A DNA stretch of 11,881 nucleotides from NCBI GenBank assembly GCA_027031765.1, contig JALVPN010000145.1:1-11881 (forward strand), read 5' to 3'. Below, piece after piece: positions 6,280 through 11,881 of this stretch; position 1 is the stretch's first letter; every line of letters begins with the position of its first letter. This stretch comes from Promethearchaeota archaeon (GTDB lineage: Archaea > Asgardarchaeota > Thorarchaeia > Thorarchaeales > Thorarchaeaceae). The notes beneath the pieces were generated by a model. The model had not been told where the DNA came from, did not search any database, and saw only the letters and a program-made list of their open reading frames with translations. A program made the position numbers and the translations under genes.

Positions 6280-7719
6280 ATGAGCGATGAGAGAAAGGTC
6301 GTTGAGGAACTCCTTGCAGAGATGGGTGTTGACAGTGAGAAGATGCGCGAGCTGGTCGAGTCCGGTCAGCTCCCGGCTGACATCCTGAAGGTAGAGTCTG
6401 CTGACCAGGTGCGTCGACGCCTTGAGATCGAGAGGAGCTCAGAGAGGCTGAGGGAAGCACTGAAACAGCTGCAGGACAAGCTCGACGACCTGGACACAGT
6501 GGTGGACCGTGTTGAACGCGATGTGGTGCCTGTCATCCTCTCATTCCTCGTGGGCCTGAAGGGCAACCTCGTTTCCCTCCGGAGTACCATCATAGGTCGG
6601 AGCAAGAGGCTTGCCAAGACCAACCTGCAGGCCACATTTGTGGACACCGAGGTCAAGCGCGTGGTCGAGGAGGAGTTCGCAAGTATTGAGGAGACCCTCA
6701 CCACCGGCATGTCGGCACCAATCCTTGACAAGGTGCGGGAGCTCACAGATGTCCTGAAGGAGTCCATGAAGGCCCTGGCAGCCCTCCTGACAGAGGTGAA
6801 TGCCCGTGTTGACGACTATGCCCAGCGGACACGTACTGAGTTCGACTTTCTGACACGGGAGTTGAGCAGCAAACCGCGGACGGAGCTGACACCCGAAGTC
6901 CGGGAGACGATTGCTGCCCTTGAACGTCGCGTCGAGGAGCTGGAGAGCGACCTGACAGCTGCAAGGCAGGCGATTGAGAACCGGGACAGCGAGATTGAGA
7001 GGCTGCGTGCGGAGGTCAGCGTGCTCCGCGAGAAGAACGAGGCGCTGGAAGACACGGTCGCAACCCTTCGTGCTGCTCCGACCGCCGATGTCGCACAGCT
7101 CGCCGAGCTGCGTCAGACGATCAAGACGGTCGAGACGTCCCGCGACCTGCTCGCCCGGAAGTTCGAGCAGGAACGGAAGCGGGCGGAGGAGGCGGAGGAG
7201 AAGGCCCGCGGACTGAGTGCGGTGATTGCGGAGAAGGACATCGAGATTGGCGACCTCCAGACACGTGTCAAACGACTTGAGGAGGAGCTTGAGACGATGC
7301 GTGCCCGTCTGGCCGAAGTGGACGACCTGCGTGCCCGTCTGCGCTCCTACGAGTCCGGTGACAGGGCCCGCGAGCTGGAGCTCGCAAAGGCGGAGCTCGA
7401 CCGTGTACAGGGGAGTCTCGAACGTCTTACTGCTGACCACCAGGAGGTGGTGCGCAGGCTCAGGGCTGCTGAGGAGAAGATCAGTGCCTACCACCGTCTG
7501 ATGCAGGCCGCAGAGAAGACAAAGGCGTACCTGATGGTGGAGGACAACAAGTCAATGACCATCCGTGAGATTGCCCGGGCCCTCGGCGTCTCTCCTGCTA
7601 CTGTCACGAAGTGGGCCGAGGACTTTGAACGACTGGGCATAGCACGGGTTGTCGACGGCACAACACTCGTGCCAATGGGGCCATCAGAGGGGGACGACTC
7701 CACCTCAACGGGCGACTGA
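6280..7719 (+). CDS. long coiled-coil protein with a C-terminal winged helix-turn-helix, 479 aa
   Basis: About 400 aa of E/R/L/A-rich heptad-like sequence followed by 'MTIREIARALGVSPATVTKWAEDFERLGIARVVDG' (HTH plus wing, starting near 7549). There are no Walker motifs. The start is placed at ATG 6280. Confidence 0.85.
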   Translation: MSDERKVVEELLAEMGVDSEKMRELVESGQLPADILKVESADQVRRRLEIERSSERLREALKQLQDKLDDLDTVVDRVERDVVPVILSFLVGLKGNLVSLRSTIIGRSKRLAKTNLQATFVDTEVKRVVEEEFASIEETLTTGMSAPILDKVRELTDVLKESMKALAALLTEVNARVDDYAQRTRTEFDFLTRELSSKPRTELTPEVRETIAALERRVEELESDLTAARQAIENRDSEIERLRAEVSVLREKNEALEDTVATLRAAPTADVAQLAELRQTIKTVETSRDLLARKFEQERKRAEEAEEKARGLSAVIAEKDIEIGDLQTRVKRLEEELETMRARLAEVDDLRARLRSYESGDRARELELAKAELDRVQGSLERLTADHQEVVRRLRAAEEKISAYHRLMQAAEKTKAYLMVEDNKSMTIREIARALGVSPATVTKWAEDFERLGIARVVDGTTLVPMGPSEGDDSTSTGD

Positions 7720-8160
7720 TGGATCGCGTCTGGACACCCTCTGGAACAGTGCCATGAGGTCGAGCAGTCTATCAATGGCCAGTGCCTTTGCATACACATT
7801 GACGACGTTGTCGCGCCCCTCGTTGTCACCAATCAGATAGCTCCTGACTGCGGGCTGGAGCACCGCCTGTACGTACTCCTGTCTGAGCGAGCGCAGGTCA
7901 GCAACGAGTGACTGGTCGAGTTCACCGCGTTCGAGGGCGCTCTTCACGGAGGCCGCGAACTTGCAGCACGGGTCTTCGGGCTCACCGGTGCACTCATCGA
8001 ACATATCTGATGCTAGGGCAAGGCACTCCTTTAGGGCACTGGGGTAGTCGGTCATGGCCAGCAGGGTCACCTCTGAGCACCTCTTGAGGAACACCTCCTC
8101 GACCGAGGCAATCTCTCCAAGGAGACGACCAAGCTTCTTCATGCTCTCGCGCTCAGACAT
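7705..8160 (-). CDS. hypothetical all-alpha protein, 151 aa
   Basis: The start is re-placed at ATG 8160 (MSERESMKKLGRLL), downstream of a TTAAAA box. The upstream part of the track ORF is low-complexity G/T/H/R noise. It overlaps the coiled-coil gene end by 15 nt. Confidence 0.7.
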   Translation of the reverse strand: MSERESMKKLGRLLGEIASVEEVFLKRCSEVTLLAMTDYPSALKECLALASDMFDECTGEPEDPCCKFAASVKSALERGELDQSLVADLRSLRQEYVQAVLQPAVRSYLIGDNEGRDNVVNVYAKALAIDRLLDLMALFQRVSRRDPSVAR

Positions 8161-8188
8161 ATGAAAAGACCGCACTAACGGACTCACG

Positions 8189-8199
8189 AATCCTTTTAA
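8189..8199 (-). promoter_or_regulatory. TATA-like element TTAAAAGGATT upstream of the 8160(-) gene
   Basis: The reverse complement of AATCCTTTTAA (8189-8199) starts 39 nt before the ATG. It is 10/11 identical to the element at 4344-4354. Confidence 0.5.
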
Positions 8200-8459
8200 C
8201 ACTGTCTGGCCCCATGTCCTTTTCCGCCCACGTGTCCTGTCCCCACACGGGCCCTGCACTTGCATGTGTAGGTGGTGGAGTGATTGCACGCCCTGACCAG
8301 CCCGCTGTCCACGGGCAGTCCCACTCCTGCCTGTGGTGTTGTGCCCTGCATGTGTGCCACCACGTCCCAAGCCCCATCTATGACCATGGGCCACGAGCGG
8401 CCCAGTGCCGTGTCACAGTTGTACCGCAAAGCGGATAAGAGCCCGCACGGAGCTGCACC

Positions 8460-9512
8460 ATGATGAGAGAAGCAGTCCTTTATTCCCAGATCAAGGACGG
8501 TGTGCGCTGCGACCTGTGTGCACGGCGGTGTGTGATCCGCGAGGGCGAGACCGGGTTCTGTAGGGTGCGCACGCTCAGGGACGGCAAGCTCTACAGCACG
8601 GTATATGGTCTCGTTGATGGCATGGCACCAGACCCCATAGAGAAGAAGCCACTGTTCCACTTTGCACCCGGCTCTCACACGTTCTCAATCAGCACGTCGT
8701 CATGTAACTTCAGGTGCCAGTTCTGCCTCAACTACCACTCATCACAGAGGGAGACCCCCGTTGGTCAGCAACTGACGCCTGAAGAGATTGTTGCCCTTGC
8801 CAAGAGGTACGGCTGTCATGGCCTGAGCTATACGTACACGGAGCCGACCATATTCATGGAACTCGCACATGACACTGCCGAGATTGCCCACAACAACGGC
8901 ATGTACAACACGTTCGTGACCAACGGCTACATGACCGAGCAGGCTGTGGACTACATCGCACCTGTGCTCGACGCGGCCACCGTGGACTTCAAGGGCAGCG
9001 GCAACCCCGACTTCTACAGACGGTACATGGAGGTGCCCCGGGTCGACCCCATCTTCAGGTCGCTCAAGCGTATGAAGGGACGTGGCATATTCATTGAGAT
9101 CACCAACCTCATCATCCCGCAGGTCGGAGACCTCGTCGACGACACCAGGCGCCTCGCAAGGTGGATTGTCGATGAGCTCGGCCCACGCACTCCAGTCCAC
9201 ATAACCGCCTTCAGTCCCATGTACAAGATGACCCACCTGCCAAGGACTCCTGCTGTGACCCTTGAGAAACACATCCGGGCCTGCAAGGACGAGGGCCTTG
9301 TGTTCGTCTACTCGGGCAACATCGCAGGACACGACTATGAGAACACCTACTGCCCGGAGTGCGGCTTCAGGGCCGTGGAGCGCTGGTCCGTCTTCCTCAA
9401 GAAGAACCGGCTCGCTGAGGACGGCACGTGTCCCAAGTGCGGCGCCGACCTCAACATTGCTGGTGTCAAGTACATGGGGAGTGGCGGCTCACGGCTGCCA
9501 TTCTTCTTCTAG
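8460..9512 (+). CDS. amrS: AmmeMemoRadiSam-system radical SAM enzyme (PflX/PFL-activase-like family), 350 aa
   Basis: N-terminal 'CDLCARRC...GFCRVR', 'DPIEKKPLFHFAPG', radical SAM 'CNFRCQFC', 'YTYTEPT', 'FVTNGY', and a C-terminal zinc ribbon 'NTYCPECG...CPKCG'. Confidence 0.93.
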   Translation: MMREAVLYSQIKDGVRCDLCARRCVIREGETGFCRVRTLRDGKLYSTVYGLVDGMAPDPIEKKPLFHFAPGSHTFSISTSSCNFRCQFCLNYHSSQRETPVGQQLTPEEIVALAKRYGCHGLSYTYTEPTIFMELAHDTAEIAHNNGMYNTFVTNGYMTEQAVDYIAPVLDAATVDFKGSGNPDFYRRYMEVPRVDPIFRSLKRMKGRGIFIEITNLIIPQVGDLVDDTRRLARWIVDELGPRTPVHITAFSPMYKMTHLPRTPAVTLEKHIRACKDEGLVFVYSGNIAGHDYENTYCPECGFRAVERWSVFLKKNRLAEDGTCPKCGADLNIAGVKYMGSGGSRLPFFF

Positions 9513-9528
9513 CCGAGGGCGCGGGACC

Positions 9529-10413
9529 TTGAACATCATCGGTATCAGGTGGACCGCACAGGACGACACCAGCTTCAAGGTCGGTATGTCCGGGTGGCAG
9601 GACGGACGGACAGTGACAGTGCCACTTGCCCCGGGCATGCATGTGTCGTGGCGCATCAGCGGGCCCCGCCTGTGTGTGGGCTACAGGGGTGTTGACGGCA
9701 CCATGCACCCATGCCCAGAGGGACGACGCGCCCTCCTCTCCAGTCCCCAGTGCGGCCCATGTATGGCCTCAGACATCTCGTCACCCTGTGCCAAGTGCGA
9801 CGGCAGCAGGTGCAGCGCCCAGCCCGCGCGTCGTGCATCGTGTATCCAGAGAGAGCATGTGCTCTACGTCGCAGTCTTCGGCCACGGCCTCGTCAAGGTC
9901 GGTGTGTCATCATCAAGACGGGTGCGCACGCGGTGGGCCGAACAGGGTGCCGACTATGCTGCGGTACTGGCAACATATGACAGCGGCATGGCTGCACGAC
10001 GTGTGGAGGCAAGGCTGGGCCGTAGCCCGGGTCTCTCCACCAGGGTCACCACCAAGTACAAGGCGTCACACCTGCACCCGCTCCCCCCGGACAGGGCCAT
10101 GCAGACGGTCGCCGCCCTGCGCCCTTTGCTGAGAGCACATGGCCTCACGCTGCCAGACCTGCTTGAGGACATGTCACAGCACTACGGTCTTCGACAACTG
10201 GGGCCACATGTCTCATGCGAGCTCCTCCGCGTCGACCGGGACCACAGGTCCATCGATGTCGTCGGGGAGGTGGTCGGTGTGAAGGGCCCGATACTCGTCA
10301 TCCGGCGTGGGGCCCTGCTGTATGGCCTGAGCGTGCCATCTGTGGCCGGCCTCCACCTGATAGAGGACACGCGCATCATACCTGAGACCCAGACACAGCT
10401 GACCGACTTCTGA
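9529..10413 (+). CDS. DUF2797-type protein: Cys-rich N-region, GIY-YIG-like core and C-terminal PIP-box-like motif, 294 aa
   Basis: 'HVLYVAVFGHGLVKVGVS...RVRTRWAEQGA' (9856-9951) and 'GEVVGVKG' match the DUF2797 pattern. Eight Cys lie upstream of the core, and the protein ends QTQLTDF*. The start is re-placed at TTG 9529, 16 nt after the amrS stop. Confidence 0.8.
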   Translation: MNIIGIRWTAQDDTSFKVGMSGWQDGRTVTVPLAPGMHVSWRISGPRLCVGYRGVDGTMHPCPEGRRALLSSPQCGPCMASDISSPCAKCDGSRCSAQPARRASCIQREHVLYVAVFGHGLVKVGVSSSRRVRTRWAEQGADYAAVLATYDSGMAARRVEARLGRSPGLSTRVTTKYKASHLHPLPPDRAMQTVAALRPLLRAHGLTLPDLLEDMSQHYGLRQLGPHVSCELLRVDRDHRSIDVVGEVVGVKGPILVIRRGALLYGLSVPSVAGLHLIEDTRIIPETQTQLTDF

Positions 10414-10639
10414 CGGCCTCAGCCTGTCACTGTCAGCTGTTCCACCACTCCACTCCTCCAGTCTACTTGCGCGTCCCAGGTCGCGTGGTCGGCGGCGGAC
10501 ACTGTGCACAGGGCCAGGACCCGCACACGTATTCAGGCCACATCTATTGCCGGCCTGGCCGCGTCCCCGTGACACAGCATCCCTACTGCTCCCAGCTATC
10601 TTCATATTGGATGGAGTACAGTGCACTGTCCGGGTGCGA

Positions 10640-11506
10640 ATGGCCGGCACACTTGACGAGAAAAAGGTCCGGTATATCTCCCTCGTACGAAAGGAGGGTG
10701 GCGAGCCAGTACTGAGTATACCGTTCAGGGAGATGAGCGTAGACCCGGACCTCGTGGCAAGCTTTGTCCTTGCAATCATCATCTTTGAGAACCGGCAGCT
10801 GAAGACGTTCACGAAGGAGGGCTATGTCGTCGTCATCGAGGAAGGACAGTACGTTGTCGGCCTGCTGATTGTCGACCGGGTGGACGACGACACGGAGTAC
10901 AGGCGGGCCCTTGTCGATGTGATCCAGAGGTTCGAGGAGCGCTACGAGGGCCACTTCCTGAGCTGGCGCGGTGACATCCGACCGTTCCGTGAGTTTGCAC
11001 TCGACATCCTCAGCGTCTTCCCGTACTGTCGGTTCGACTGGGATATGATACCAAGACTAAGGGTCGGTGGCGTGGAGGGGGCAGAGTCGCGGCCCATTCC
11101 GTGGAGCGTGGGAACGACCGACGAGAAGTTGCACCGGGTGCTTGGCTTTGTCAATGGCAAGCGTACGGTGGCGGAGATCTGTGATGCGTCGGGCCTTCCT
11201 GATAGAGAGGTGGCTGCCATCTTCTCAATGCTCCTCAAGTACGGGTGGGTCACGATGACGCGGCGGCTGGACGAAGACACGGTGCTCATAAAGATGGCGG
11301 ACCCACCAATGCGGCTCCTCGGGGCCTACGGCGAGCAGCTCACCAAGCTCGTCGACCTCTGCGATGGTACCAGGACATTGCGGGAGGTATGCGGACTGTT
11401 GCCATATGACATGGCCGCAGTTATGACGGTGGCCCGCAACCTCGTCAATGCTGGTGTCCTCGCACACTATGAACCGGGTGAGCAGGGAAGACACGGAGGG
11501 CAGTGA
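10640..11506 (+). CDS. longin-domain + 2x winged-HTH protein (NPRL2/NPRL3-like architecture), 288 aa
   Basis: N-terminal longin pattern up to about 11020: 'RYISLVRKEGGEPVL', 'DPDLVASFVLAIIIF', three strands, 'YRRALVDVIQRFEERY...WRGDIRPFREF'. Two related wHTH repeats follow at 11132-11257 ('VNGKRTVAEICDASG...MLLKYGWV') and 11345-11470 ('CDGTRTLREVC...NLVNAGVL'). The start is placed at ATG 10640. Confidence 0.75.
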   Translation: MAGTLDEKKVRYISLVRKEGGEPVLSIPFREMSVDPDLVASFVLAIIIFENRQLKTFTKEGYVVVIEEGQYVVGLLIVDRVDDDTEYRRALVDVIQRFEERYEGHFLSWRGDIRPFREFALDILSVFPYCRFDWDMIPRLRVGGVEGAESRPIPWSVGTTDEKLHRVLGFVNGKRTVAEICDASGLPDREVAAIFSMLLKYGWVTMTRRLDEDTVLIKMADPPMRLLGAYGEQLTKLVDLCDGTRTLREVCGLLPYDMAAVMTVARNLVNAGVLAHYEPGEQGRHGGQ

Positions 11507-11509
11507 ACC

Positions 11510-11881
11510 ATGACAGTCGACGTCAGCAAGATCCGCTACGTTGCCCTGATACGCCTTGAGGGCGGCGAGTCGGTACTCAATGTACCATACGCAAAGATGA
11601 CAGTTGACCCCGACCTGATTGCAGGCTTTGTCACTGCGGTCATCATCTTTGCCAAGACACCAATCCGTACAATCCGGAAGGCTGCATACGACATCTTGAT
11701 TGAGGTGGGGGACACCGTGCTGGTGCTCCTCGTGGTGGACCCTGTCCCTGACGAGACACCGTACCGAGAGAGGCTGAAACGCATCCTGACAAAGGTCGAG
11801 TCGGAGTTCGGGGCGAGGCTCAGGGACTTTGAGGGCGACATCCGCCGTTTCAGGGAGTTTGCACTGTCTGTCCTTGTGGAG
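11510..11881 (+). CDS. second longin-domain protein, paralogue of the upstream gene (partial, runs off the right edge)
   Basis: Not in the ORF track. GGAGGG (11495-11500) precedes ATG 11510, 3 nt after the upstream stop. Translation: MTVDVSKIRYVALIRLEGGESVLNVPYAKMTVDPDLIAGFVTAVIIF...EGDIRRFREFALSVLVE. It aligns without gaps to the upstream longin domain. Confidence 0.85.
   Translation, partial: MTVDVSKIRYVALIRLEGGESVLNVPYAKMTVDPDLIAGFVTAVIIFAKTPIRTIRKAAYDILIEVGDTVLVLLVVDPVPDETPYRERLKRILTKVESEFGARLRDFEGDIRRFREFALSVLVE

Noticed and set aside
5337-6290. 317-aa plus-strand ORF
   Set aside because: It is an antisense shadow of the transglutaminase gene, S/R-rich with no motifs. Such shadows are expected in GC-rich DNA.
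6541-7494. 317-aa minus-strand Leu-rich ORF
   Set aside because: It is the mirror frame of the Glu/Lys-rich coiled-coil gene (GAG/AAG read as CTC/CTT), not an independent gene.
6280-7719. SMC/Rad50 or methyl-accepting chemotaxis call for the coiled-coil protein
   Set aside because: There are no Walker A/B motifs, signature motif, hinge, zinc hook or MCP hairpin.
8742-9332. 196-aa minus-strand ORF, and similarly 10213-10812(-), 1205-1651(-) and 3938-4411(+)
   Set aside because: Each lies largely antisense to a gene with better support and shows no family signature.
9262-9528. Upstream extensions in the ORF track (9262, and also 10547, 4329, 2322, 8394, 4453)
   Set aside because: They overlap neighbouring genes or promoters and have non-protein-like composition. 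Downstream starts with better context were used.

Overview
This is a GC-rich (roughly 60% by eye), gene-dense archaeal chromosomal segment. It is most likely from an Asgard archaeon, probably Thorarchaeia-like. That is an inference from GGAGG/GAGGTGA ribosome-binding sites, TATA-like boxes and several eukaryote-signature-like genes. Left to right: the start of a minus-strand gene running off the left edge, possible tiny ORFs, a two-domain alpha-arrestin-like protein, a split and translationally coupled Alg14/Alg13 glycosyltransferase pair, a basic-tailed hypothetical protein, a small dimeric alpha/beta-barrel protein, a PD-(D/E)XK nuclease, a soluble transglutaminase-like protein, a 479-aa coiled-coil protein with a C-terminal winged HTH, a helical hypothetical protein, an AmmeMemoRadiSam-type radical SAM enzyme followed by a Cys-rich DUF2797-type protein ending in a PCNA-interaction (PIP-box)-like motif, and a tandem pair of longin-domain paralogues. 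The first paralogue has a longin + 2x winged-helix architecture like the GATOR1 subunit NPRL2. The second is missing from the ORF track because it runs off the right edge. I saw no rRNA, tRNA, CRISPR array, transposase or integrase. All family calls come from motif recognition by eye, with no database search. Several starts in the ORF track are over-extended and are corrected here.
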